Assembly (NCBI GenBank): GCA_003132585.1
Contig: PKYG01000116.1
Span: 492-64,491, forward strand
Length of the DNA: 64,000 nt
Direction of reading: 5' to 3'
Source of the DNA: Actinomycetota bacterium
GTDB taxonomy: Bacteria > Actinomycetota > Thermoleophilia > UBA2241
Of this stretch, positions 45,151-54,333 are shown one piece after another. The notes under the pieces are model-generated. The model saw only the letters and a program-made list of their open reading frames with translations. It did no database searches and was not told the DNA's origin. The position numbers and the translations under genes are program-made. Numbering within the stretch: position 1 is the first letter of the stretch; the number at the start of each line of letters is the position of its first letter.

Positions 45151-46988
45151 GTTGTCGAAGGTCCCTGTGACCGCAGGAGGTCGCGTAGTCGCTCTGTCTC
45201 CGCAATGTTGACGGCGAATCCTAGCGGCGTGACGTCGAGTAGTACCCCGTAGACCGTCCTCGCCCGCTCCGGCGTTACCCAGCCTTCGTTGACGCGGTGA
45301 CAGACGAGCTCACGATCGCGCTCAAGCGGATCCCCGTAGCCACCTCCCGAGTTGCATTCCGAAACGAGAGCCTCACCGGGCTTCAACTCGATCCTCGCGC
45401 ACATAGGCAGAGGCTCTTCGCGCCCGCTTCCCACATGCAGTCTCCATGCGCACGTGGGCCGACCATCTCCACCGCCGTTGTATCCCTTTGGCACGTTCTC
45501 CGCCCCGTCACCGATGTACATGAAGGTCACAGGATCCTCGCGGGTGGCGATGACGGCGCGCGTGGCTGGAGCACCATCCCAGCGTCCCGTGCCTCCGGAG
45601 TCGGGAATCACCTCTTGCTCGAGGTAGAGAATCGGGTACTTCTGCTCGATTACCTCGACCGAGTTCCACCCGCACATGCCACCGTTGCTAATGCCGTAGT
45701 CGACGTAGCCGTCGTGGCCGAAGACAGCCATGCCACCAGAGTCCGCCGACAGCAGCTGTGTAACGAACGGTCGCTGGTAACGCGAGTCGAATCCCGAGAT
45801 GACCGATTCACCTGGCCCCATCTCCACGTTGCCTTCGGCCATGCCAAGCTCCTCTGAGACCTGAGACCACACACACTGCACGGCCAGAATGGCCCGGTTG
45901 GCTACGTTTGTGGTTGCAACCGACGATGAGAAGGGGAGGCATGCCGCGCCGACAACCCCGGGGTTATCCATGAAGACGGAAATTCGCTCCAGGGCCCCAT
46001 CACAGAAAGGAATGTCCGCAGGCATGCGGTTCATGATGCCGGTTCGCGCTGCCGACAACACAGTCGCCTCGCAGAGGTTCAGGCCGCACGCTACCGGCGC
46101 TCCGTTGCCTCTGAAGTCGACCTCGACAACGCCGTCCTCGGGACGGATGGTCACTGTGACCCGCACCTGAATACCGCTGGGCAGCAATCCTGGGATGGGA
46201 TCGTGTCGCGACTCGTTCGTCCACGAACCCGCTGGTAGCTTGCCTATCTCCTCGATCATCCTTCGCGCACCGTAGTCCTGCCAGGCTGCGCAGAATCGTT
46301 TCACAAGGTCTCTGCCGTACGTCTCAACCAAGTCGGTCAGCTGCCGCTCGCCCACACGAGCCGCCCCGATCATCGCCAGGTAGTCGCCGTACCAGACATC
46401 GGGCACACGAATGCGGTACTTGGCCATGCGGATGATGTCCTCGCGGTCCTCGTAGTTCTCCTGAACCTTCACGCAGGGGAAGCAGATCGCCCCCTCCTCG
46501 TAGATATCGCGCGCGCGCTCGAAGTAGGTGGTTGGTACGCTGTTCCCGATGTCCGCTTGGTGTCCGCGCACCGTGCAAAAGAACATCAGTTCGCCGTCGC
46601 AGAAGACGGGCACGACGATCGTATGGTCGGCCATGTGCGTGTTGCCGTCGTATGGCGAGTTGTTCAGATAAGCATCCCCCGGCTTCATCACCGTCCCGTG
46701 GTATCGCATCACCGCACGGGTCGTAAGACTCATGTTGGCGACATGCACCGGAAACCCGTTGGGCAGTGCGAGCGCTGCACCGCTTGAGTCGCATATCGCT
46801 GTCGAGAGGTCCCGGGCGCTGCTCATGACGCTTGATCTGGCGCTATGCTCGAGCACGTGCGTCATGTGGGCTGCAATCCCGTTGAGCCGATTGGAGAGGA
46901 TCGCCATCAGGAAGGGCTCGATGCCGCTAGGTTCCGGAACCGTGGCCGTCGTATCGCGAAGCTCAGCGGAGAGGGGGGAATCCTCCAC
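45147..46988 (-). CDS. hyuB: Hydantoinase B / oxoprolinase subunit
   Basis: IEPFLMAILSNRLNGIAAHMTHVLEHSARS resembles the HyuB N-terminus, and the length is about 610 aa. GTG 46988 follows GGAGGTGGG with good spacing. The longest ORF starts with GTG at 47018. Confidence 0.9.
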   Translation of the reverse strand: MEDSPLSAELRDTTATVPEPSGIEPFLMAILSNRLNGIAAHMTHVLEHSARSSVMSSARDLSTAICDSSGAALALPNGFPVHVANMSLTTRAVMRYHGTVMKPGDAYLNNSPYDGNTHMADHTIVVPVFCDGELMFFCTVRGHQADIGNSVPTTYFERARDIYEEGAICFPCVKVQENYEDREDIIRMAKYRIRVPDVWYGDYLAMIGAARVGERQLTDLVETYGRDLVKRFCAAWQDYGARRMIEEIGKLPAGSWTNESRHDPIPGLLPSGIQVRVTVTIRPEDGVVEVDFRGNGAPVACGLNLCEATVLSAARTGIMNRMPADIPFCDGALERISVFMDNPGVVGAACLPFSSSVATTNVANRAILAVQCVWSQVSEELGMAEGNVEMGPGESVISGFDSRYQRPFVTQLLSADSGGMAVFGHDGYVDYGISNGGMCGWNSVEVIEQKYPILYLEQEVIPDSGGTGRWDGAPATRAVIATREDPVTFMYIGDGAENVPKGYNGGGDGRPTCAWRLHVGSGREEPLPMCARIELKPGEALVSECNSGGGYGDPLERDRELVCHRVNEGWVTPERARTVYGVLLDVTPLGFAVNIAETERLRDLLRSQGPSTT

Positions 46989-47114
46989 TAGCCCACCTCC
47001 GGAATCTCGCGAGGCCACTCACTAGGGAGCAACCACACCCCCCGGATTCCCCCTTCGAGCATCCCCGCTCCCTTCATGTCCAGCCTCGCAACATCTTGGT
47101 CAGCCAGTCTATTC

Positions 47115-47134
47115 TTGGTCGGTCGGTCGACCAA
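47115..47134. promoter_or_regulatory. Palindrome TTGGTCG-GTCGGT-CGACCAA upstream of the hyuB operon (operator candidate)
   Basis: The 7-bp arms are exact reverse complements. The TGGTC...GACCA half-sites resemble GntR/HutC-type operators (recall of the DasR-like TGGTCTAGACCA box). Confidence 0.3.
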
Positions 47135-47290
47135 ATTTCGGCCAGAATAGTGGACTTGTCATTGCACGTCAAGTGCTAGACGGGACTTGCTTGACTTTGC
47201 CCTTGGTCTCGGCGCGATTGGGGCGGCAGGCATTGGTGACCCCCGAGGGGCACACAAACTCCCCGAAGGACACAGAAACTCCCGCTCCAT

Positions 47291-48459
47291 TCATGCCGCG
47301 AGCGCATACTCGTGGATCAGCCCGCCAAGCGTGTCTTTCCGTCGTACTGGCGCGGTCGAGCTGACCACGACGGGTTCTCTTTCCCTGGTGTCGGGCGCGC
47401 GCACCCGGGAGCCGACGATGGAGCCGCTTGCGATTGTCGTGGTCGACGTACTTTAGCGAGCACCTTCGCCCGGTGTCTTGCGAGCACAGATAAGCAGCCA
47501 ATCCCGGCATTGCCTGCGCACGGTGCGCACCCAGCGTTCGGCAAAGGCGTTCGCCTTGGGCGCCTGGATCGGCGTGCGCATCACGCTGCTCCCCTCCGCG
47601 GTGAGCACCTGATCGCAGCGGGCGACGTCCGTGTGGTCCCGGTCTCTTAAGCAAGAACCGCAACGTTCGACCCTGATCGGCAAGGTCGCAGGAGAGGTTT
47701 CTCGCCGGCTGGGTGACCGAGGCCGCGTTGGGGTTTCGAGTCAGGCCGAGGATGGGGATCCGTCGGTGAGGCGACCGCGATCGCACACAGCACGGAGAAG
47801 GTGCGCAAAAAAGCGGCTGTCGACGGTGAAGAAGTCAAAGGCCGAGGAGGCCCTGCGCCTGGGCTCCGATGAACTTAGGACTAGGTCGGTCCCTCCCGGC
47901 GCGGCGCCGAGCGTCAGGCCCGGGCGGCGCGCCAGCGTGCGGATCGTGGTCGCCGACACGCTGCTGCCCAGCTTGACGAGCTCTCCGCGAATGCGCAGGC
48001 ACCCCGATCTCAGATTCTCTTTCGCCAGGCGAAGCACCACCTCGATCGCTCTCGCTTCGGGCGCGGGACGGACGCCGCGGCGATGGCGGCGAAAGGTCGG
48101 CTTGCAGCGCACGAGCTCCCGGTGGCGGCGCGAAAGCGTGGACGGGGTGACCCAAGAACGTGTGCCCGGCGCCGCGGGGAAGAACCCGGCGGGCGGCGGC
48201 AAGGAGAAGACGATCCCGCCGCCTGAGTCTCGGGCGGGCGATCTGGTGAGAAAGGACCTCGAGCTGGTGGCCTAAGACGAGGATCTCGACGTCCTTGCAG
48301 CGGTTGGGCGGTCGGCGAGCCGACCGCCCAACCAGTCAGCCTACGAAGAGCGAGGTAGAGCAACGCGAAGACCACCGGCGAATCCCTGCTTGGGAGAGTC
48401 AGGAGACCGGAAGGAAACGCGTGCTCAGCGACGTTGTCGAGAGTTTGTGTGCCCTTCAC
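47291..48459 (-). pseudogene. Decayed rve-type (IS481/IS3-like) transposase gene, multiple frameshifts
   Basis: The pieces are spread over three minus-strand frames. N-terminal ..VVFALLYLALRRL.. is in 48010-48459. ..LRLAKENLRSGCLRIRGELVKLGSSVSATTIRTLARRPGL...DFFTVDS is in 47741-48202. ..QAPKANAFAERWVRTVRRQCRDWLLI is in 47453-47683. ..KYVDHDNRKRLHRRL.. and the C-terminal LGGLIHEYALAA end at TGA 47291-47293. Confidence 0.75.
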
Positions 48460-48594
48460 GCTGGGCCAGCGCCCGCCGCTTGCGATGCACTGCGCAGATC
48501 AACACCTATTTGCGGCCCTAACTCTCCAAGAACCTTGACACGGTACACCTTCAGTGTTAACGTCATCCTGTAACTACAGGAGGATTACGGCCGT

Positions 48595-49419
48595 ATGTCA
48601 GCTCTCGAACTTCCCGCTTCGCAGATCGACCGGACTTCGCCGGTTCCGTTCTACTTCCAGCTCAAGCGGCAGCTGGTTGAGCAGATCGTTTCCGACGGCT
48701 GGAAGAAGGGAGAGCGGATGCCGTCGGAGTCGACGATCTGCGAGCACTTCGGCGTCTCGCGACCCACCGTCCGCCAGGCGCTCGCCGAGCTGGAACGGGA
48801 AGGGCTGATCCGCAAGGAGAAGGGCCGCGGCACGTTCGTCGCGGAGCCCCGCCCCTCGTCGTGGCTGCTCCAGTCGGCGCGCGGTTTCTACGACGACGCC
48901 GTGCGCATGGGCCATACGGTGACCTCCCGGGTGCTGAAGTGCGAGGTCGAGCAGCTGCCGGAGTGGGCCTGCGAGGCCCTCGAGCTTCCGGAGGGAAGCC
49001 GAGGCCTGACGCTCAAGCGACTCCGGTGGGTCGACGACCGCATTGCCATGTACGTGGTCACCCACCTCCCCCACGGGCTGTCGGAGACCGTTCTCACTGC
49101 GGATCTCAAGAACGGCTCGCTCTATCGCGCGCTCGAGGAGCGTGAGCGGTGCGTCGTCGTCGGAGGGACGCGTGTCATCGAGGCCGTGCGGGCTGAGGAG
49201 CAGCTCGCGGCCCTGCTCGAGGTCGAACCAGGCTCGCCTCTCCTGTTCGTCGAGTCGGTCTCCTGGGATGCCGAACTGCACCCGTTCGAGTGCTACCGCG
49301 CCTGGCACCGGGCCGACCAGACGAAGATCGAGGTCCAGGTCGCGAAGAATGAGGAAGTTGTACGAAGGCCGGGTTCAGCCCCGCTGCGCTGTGGATCGCC
49401 AAGTGACAGAGCGCCCTGA
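48595..49419 (+). CDS. GntR-family (HutC/UTRA subfamily) transcriptional regulator
   Basis: AGGAGGA lies upstream. The winged HTH is MPSESTICEHFGVSRPTVRQALAELEREGLIRKEKGRGTFV, followed by a UTRA-like C-terminal domain. Confidence 0.9.
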   Translation: MSALELPASQIDRTSPVPFYFQLKRQLVEQIVSDGWKKGERMPSESTICEHFGVSRPTVRQALAELEREGLIRKEKGRGTFVAEPRPSSWLLQSARGFYDDAVRMGHTVTSRVLKCEVEQLPEWACEALELPEGSRGLTLKRLRWVDDRIAMYVVTHLPHGLSETVLTADLKNGSLYRALEERERCVVVGGTRVIEAVRAEEQLAALLEVEPGSPLLFVESVSWDAELHPFECYRAWHRADQTKIEVQVAKNEEVVRRPGSAPLRCGSPSDRAP

Positions 49420-49568
49420 TCCCGGGTGGCTGTGCGGCCGGAGCCGACATCGGAGAGAGGAAGAGATCCCCTACTGAGCTCGCGTTGTCCCGGCGGCGAC
49501 GTTTCCACGCCGACTCACGTCGTAAGCGACGGCGCAAGCGCTGCCGTCTGACTTATTGGAGGAAAGTG

Positions 49569-50747
49569 ATGCGTAAACCATTGATTCTCCTCGCGGCGCT
49601 GGCCGGCCTGGCCGCGTTGACGATGCTCCTCGCGGGGTGTGGCTCTCGGTCAAGCGGGCACCAGGCGCGGTATCAGAAGCAGATCGTGATCGGCTGGACG
49701 CCGCCGGACATCACCGGCGTCTTCAAGACGGCCACCGACTACTTCGACAAGGCAGCGGCCGACGCGAACAAGCACGGCTTCAACGTCAAGGTGCTGAGCC
49801 GTGCCCCTGTCTCACATACGGCATTCGCTGACCAGGTGGCCATCGTCGAGGACTACATCTCGCAGAAGGTCGACGTCATTGCGATCTCGCCTGCGGACAC
49901 GGAAGCACTGAAGCCGGCGATCAGGGCGGCAAACCAAGCTGGGATCCCCGTGATCATGGTCAACCTGCTCGAGCCCCAGAAGGACGTCAAGATCGCCAGC
50001 TACATCGGATTCGACAACACCGCGGCGGCGGCCGTCTCCGGCTACGCGACGCTCGACTACTTCGGCGGCCCCGGCGTACTCGGGACCGGGCCGAAGGTGA
50101 AGGTCAGCCCCAACCAGCCGCTCGACCTCAAGTGGTGGGAGAAGGTCTATGCCAAGGCGGACTGGAAAGCTCCCAAGGCGACGGGCGCAATCATCCAGGG
50201 CATCGCCGGGACGTTCTTCTCGCAGGCCCGTCTCGACGGCTACCACTCGGTGCTCGACAAGGACCCGAACATCAAGATCGTCGGGCCGAACCCTCCGCTC
50301 GCTGCCGACTGGAACCGCGAGAAGGCCATCACTGCGACTGAGACGCTGCTGACGCGCTACCCCGGGCAGCTCAACTTCATCTGGGCCGCATCGAACGAAA
50401 TGGGCCTCGGCGCGATGCTCACGCTCCAGCGCCACGACGTGCTCGACAGCTCCGGGGGCAACACACCGCCGCAGCCGGGGAAGGTCGCGGTCTTCACGAA
50501 CGACAACACGCCCGAGTCGAACGTCGCGATTAACGCTGGGAACATCATCGCCGAAACCGAGCACGGCTTCCCCTACTGGGGCTGGTTCGGCACGAAATTC
50601 GCGGTGATGATCGCCTGTGGCGAAGAGGTGCCGCAGATGTACGACATCGACCCGCAGACGGTCTGGAAAGGGAATACGACGCTCTTCTACCCGACGCCGA
50701 AGCTGCCACCGATCGACTGGAACACCATCAAGACGCAGTCCAAGTAG
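49569..50747 (+). CDS. Sugar ABC transporter substrate-binding lipoprotein (RbsB/PBP1-like)
   Basis: ATG 49569 is preceded by GGAGGAAAG. The leader is MRKPLILLAALAGLAALTMLLAGCGS. Confidence 0.85.
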   Translation: MRKPLILLAALAGLAALTMLLAGCGSRSSGHQARYQKQIVIGWTPPDITGVFKTATDYFDKAAADANKHGFNVKVLSRAPVSHTAFADQVAIVEDYISQKVDVIAISPADTEALKPAIRAANQAGIPVIMVNLLEPQKDVKIASYIGFDNTAAAAVSGYATLDYFGGPGVLGTGPKVKVSPNQPLDLKWWEKVYAKADWKAPKATGAIIQGIAGTFFSQARLDGYHSVLDKDPNIKIVGPNPPLAADWNREKAITATETLLTRYPGQLNFIWAASNEMGLGAMLTLQRHDVLDSSGGNTPPQPGKVAVFTNDNTPESNVAINAGNIIAETEHGFPYWGWFGTKFAVMIACGEEVPQMYDIDPQTVWKGNTTLFYPTPKLPPIDWNTIKTQSK

Positions 50748-50748
50748 A

Positions 50749-52245
50749 TTGTTGGCCTACCTCGAGCTCAGCGGAGTCCGCAAGAGCTACGGAGCGGTAA
50801 AGGCCCTCTCCGGCGTCGATCTTTCGGTCGACGCCGGAGAGGTCCACGCCCTCCTTGGTGCGAACGGCGCCGGTAAGTCGACGCTGATGAAGACGATCGC
50901 CGGCGCCGTCGTTCCTGACGAGGGGCGGCTGACCCTGAACGGAGAAGAGGTGCCCTTCGGCTCGCCCGAGCTCGCCCGTCGGCGTGGGATCGGCATCGTC
51001 TACCAGGAGCTCAGCCTTATCCCGAGCATGACCATTGGCGAGAACGTCCTCCTCGGCCGCTGGCCGACGACGCGCGGCGGGACAGTCGAATGGAGGCGTC
51101 TCTACCGGAATGCACAAGTCCACCTCGACCGGCTTGGCTTGGACCTCGATCCCCGGGACGGGCTCAACGGGCTCGGGATGGCTGAGCGGCAGCTCGTCGA
51201 GATCGCGAAGGCGCTGTCTTCAGACGTCCGGATCCTGCTGCTCGACGAGCCCACTTCGGCGCTTTCTGACCGCGAGGTCGGGCGGCTATTCGAGGTCATT
51301 CGCGGACTGGCGGCGTCGGGTGTCGGGATCGTCTACGTCTCGCACCGGCTCGCCGAGGTGCTCGAGATCGCGGACAGGATCACTGTTTTCCGCGACGGTC
51401 GGCGCGTCGAGACGCTCGACGCGGCCGGCGCCGATGAGGGGCTGCTCGCGCGACTGATGGTCGGGCACTCGCTCGAGAGCGAGCCGCGACAGGCCGCCGC
51501 GGACACCCACCGCGGGGATGCGGATGTCGTTCTCCGCCTGCGCGGGCTCGGGCGGCCGCCGCGCCTGAAACCGGTCGACTTGGAGCTCCGCGCGGGCGAG
51601 ATCGTCGGCGTCTTTGGGCTGGTCGGGGCAGGCCGGACGCGGCTCGCCCGCACGCTCTTCGGCCTTGAGCCCGCGAGCGAGGGAACGATCGAGGTGCTGG
51701 GACACCAGATGCTGATACGTTCGCCGGCCAAAGCGATTGCGGCTGGCCTTGGTTACGTCGGCGAGGACCGCGCCGCCGGGCTTGTCCCGCGCATGTCGGT
51801 CGCGGCGAACGTCACCCTTGCCTCGCTCGGCGCCGTCAGCCACGGACCGGTGCTCAGCTTCGCCCGCGAGCGAGAGGTCGCGCGTCGCTACCTCGATGAC
51901 CTCGCGATCCGTTCCGACGCACTTGATCATCCTGTCGAGGCCCTGTCGGGCGGCAATCAACAGAAGGTCGTACTCGCCCGCTGGCTCTGCTCGGGGGCGC
52001 GCATCTTGATTCTCGACGATCCCACTCGAGGCATCGACGTAGGTGTAAAGGAGGATGTCTTCCGCCTCATCCGCACGCTCGCGGGCGAGGGTGTGGCGAT
52101 TCTCTACCTCACGTCGGAGCTCAAGGAGGCGCAGACACTCCCGCACCGGCTGCTGGTGATGGCGAACGGGCAGATCGCCGGCACGGTTCCTCCACGAACC
52201 TCCGAGGAGGAGATTATGCAGCTGGCCGGAGGGGTCAATGCCTGA
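50749..52245 (+). CDS. Sugar ABC transporter ATP-binding protein, duplicated cassette (RbsA/MglA-like)
   Basis: The probable TTG start at 50749 or 50752 lies just after the SBP stop. GANGAGKST, then the second-cassette signature LSGGNQQK. The 50617 start overlaps the SBP gene. Confidence 0.85.
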   Translation: MLAYLELSGVRKSYGAVKALSGVDLSVDAGEVHALLGANGAGKSTLMKTIAGAVVPDEGRLTLNGEEVPFGSPELARRRGIGIVYQELSLIPSMTIGENVLLGRWPTTRGGTVEWRRLYRNAQVHLDRLGLDLDPRDGLNGLGMAERQLVEIAKALSSDVRILLLDEPTSALSDREVGRLFEVIRGLAASGVGIVYVSHRLAEVLEIADRITVFRDGRRVETLDAAGADEGLLARLMVGHSLESEPRQAAADTHRGDADVVLRLRGLGRPPRLKPVDLELRAGEIVGVFGLVGAGRTRLARTLFGLEPASEGTIEVLGHQMLIRSPAKAIAAGLGYVGEDRAAGLVPRMSVAANVTLASLGAVSHGPVLSFAREREVARRYLDDLAIRSDALDHPVEALSGGNQQKVVLARWLCSGARILILDDPTRGIDVGVKEDVFRLIRTLAGEGVAILYLTSELKEAQTLPHRLLVMANGQIAGTVPPRTSEEEIMQLAGGVNA

Positions 52246-53272
52246 GCTGGACCCAAAGGTTCCCGAATTGGGTAGCGCGCGCACGGCGATCATGCGCGGC
52301 GTGACCACGCTGGGCGGGCGCGGTGGCGCGCTCGCCATCCTGCTCGTACTCGTCGTCGGTTTCTCGCTCACCGCGACCAACTTCCTGACCACAGAAAACC
52401 TGCTCAACATCCTCAGGCAATACTCGGTCGTAGCGGTTCTCGCCGTCGGCCAGACGTGTGTGATCGTCAGCGCGGGCATCGACCTCTCGGTCGCGGCCAG
52501 CGCGGCACTCTCCGGGTGCCTAATGACCGTCGCATTCGCCCAGTGGGGCTGGCCCCAGCCCGCGGCGCTCGCATTCGGCCTTCTCGGTGGGTGCAGCGTC
52601 GGCGCCGTCAACGGGCTCGTAATCACGAAGTGGAGGGTGCCCGACTTCATCGCGACCCTCGGAGCGCTCACTGCCATCCGTGGCGTCGCGCTTCTGGTCA
52701 CCACCGGGCTGCCGGTGCCAAGCTTCACGTCGGAAAACCAGGGGCGCACCATCCCTGGGATCATCTCGGCGCTTGGCGCAAACTCGGTTTTTCGGATCCC
52801 GCTGATCGCCATAGTCGCGGTGGCGTGCGCGCTCATCGGGTCATTCCTCCTCTCGCGGACGAAACTTGGCCGCGCCGCCTATGCAGTCGGCGGCAACCGC
52901 GAGGCTGCACGAGTCTCCGGGATCCGCGTCGAGCGCACGAAGGTCTGGATCTACGTCTTCTCGGGCCTCATGGCTGCTGTTGGCGGCTTCCTGCTCACCG
53001 GTCGGCAAGCGAGCGCGAACGCGCTGATGGCGGACGGGATGGAGCTGCAGGCGATCGCGGCCGTGGTGATCGGCGGCACCAACCTGTTCGGTGGCGAGGG
53101 CAGCGTCGGTGGCACGATAATCGGCGTCTCCATCATCGGCGTCCTTGGTAATGGACTGAACATCCTCGGCGTCTCCGACTTCTGGCAGCGCGTCGTCAAC
53201 GGCTCGATCGTCGTCGTCGTCGTCGCGCTTGACCAGTGGCGCCGCCGCGCCGCACAGAGGCGGTCGACGTGA
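52238..53272 (+). CDS. Sugar ABC transporter permease (RbsC-like)
   Basis: 344-aa polytopic protein with GIDLSVAASAALSG and AVGGNREAARVSGI motifs. It overlaps the ATPase stop by 8 nt. Confidence 0.9.
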   Translation: MPELDPKVPELGSARTAIMRGVTTLGGRGGALAILLVLVVGFSLTATNFLTTENLLNILRQYSVVAVLAVGQTCVIVSAGIDLSVAASAALSGCLMTVAFAQWGWPQPAALAFGLLGGCSVGAVNGLVITKWRVPDFIATLGALTAIRGVALLVTTGLPVPSFTSENQGRTIPGIISALGANSVFRIPLIAIVAVACALIGSFLLSRTKLGRAAYAVGGNREAARVSGIRVERTKVWIYVFSGLMAAVGGFLLTGRQASANALMADGMELQAIAAVVIGGTNLFGGEGSVGGTIIGVSIIGVLGNGLNILGVSDFWQRVVNGSIVVVVVALDQWRRRAAQRRST

Positions 53273-54333
53273 GCGGCGAACTCCGTGTCCTCCTTGTTGG
53301 CGCCGGGCGCGCTGGACTCGTCCACGGCCGGAACTTCGCCGCCGGCGTCCCCGGTGCCCGGCTCGTCGGGATCGCCGATCCGGATGCGGCCGCGCTCGAA
53401 CAGTCGGCCACCGCGCTCGACTGCTCGCGGACGTTCACCGATCCCGAAAAGGCCGTGCAGGACGAGCGCGTGGATGCAGTCGTTATCGCCTCCCCCACGT
53501 TCACGCACGCGGCGCTCGCCGTTGCCGCGCTCGGCGCCGGGAAGCACGTGCTGTGCGAGAAGCCGCTCGCGTCCACGCTCGAAGAGGCCGCCGCGATCCC
53601 GGCTGCCGCCGAGGCGGCCCGCGGCGTCTTCCTGATGGGCTTCATGCGGCGATTCGACGCCGCCTTCGCCCGTGCCGCCGAGCGGATTGCCGCCGGCGAC
53701 ATCGGCACCCCCGTGCTCGTCCGCTCGACGGGCCGCGGTCCGGGCCTGCCGCCCGAATGGGCGTGGGACGCGACGCGCTCGGGCGGGCTCGTGGCCGAGG
53801 TCAACTCGCACGACCTCGACACGATCCGCTGGCTCTCGGGCCAGGAGCTCGCCTCCGTCTACGCGCTCGGTCGTTCCGCGAAGCGCCCGGACATCGCCGA
53901 GCGTTACCCCGGCTTCGTCGACGTGGTCGTCGCGACGTTCGAGCTCGACGGCGGCGCGCTGGCGCAGCTCGACGGCGCCTGCCCCGCCGACTACGGCTAC
54001 GACGCGCGGGCCGAGGTCTACGGCACCGAGGGCGTCGTCTTCGTCGGCGACGCGCGCGCTCGAGCGCCGCTCGTCGTCCGAGCCGGCAGCGCGGAGACCG
54101 ATCCCGTGCGGAGCTGGCGGACCCTCTTCGGCGAGGCCTACCGGGCCGAGGACACCCACTTCGTCGCCGCGGCGCACGGGGACGAGCAGCCTCGGACGAG
54201 CGTCGAGGACGGGCTACGGGCTCTCGAGGGCGTCGTCGCGGTCAACCGATCGCTTACCGAAGGACGGGCCGTGACGGTGGCCGAGGCAGCGGTCGCCGGC
54301 GGCTCTGAGCCGATGAGTATGGGGCCTGCCTGA
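53269..54333 (+). CDS. Gfo/Idh/MocA-family NAD(P)-dependent oxidoreductase
   Basis: The GTG start overlaps the permease stop (GTGA). LRVLLVGAGRAGLVHG is the Rossmann motif, and EKPLA is present. Confidence 0.9.
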   Translation: MSGELRVLLVGAGRAGLVHGRNFAAGVPGARLVGIADPDAAALEQSATALDCSRTFTDPEKAVQDERVDAVVIASPTFTHAALAVAALGAGKHVLCEKPLASTLEEAAAIPAAAEAARGVFLMGFMRRFDAAFARAAERIAAGDIGTPVLVRSTGRGPGLPPEWAWDATRSGGLVAEVNSHDLDTIRWLSGQELASVYALGRSAKRPDIAERYPGFVDVVVATFELDGGALAQLDGACPADYGYDARAEVYGTEGVVFVGDARARAPLVVRAGSAETDPVRSWRTLFGEAYRAEDTHFVAAAHGDEQPRTSVEDGLRALEGVVAVNRSLTEGRAVTVAEAAVAGGSEPMSMGPA

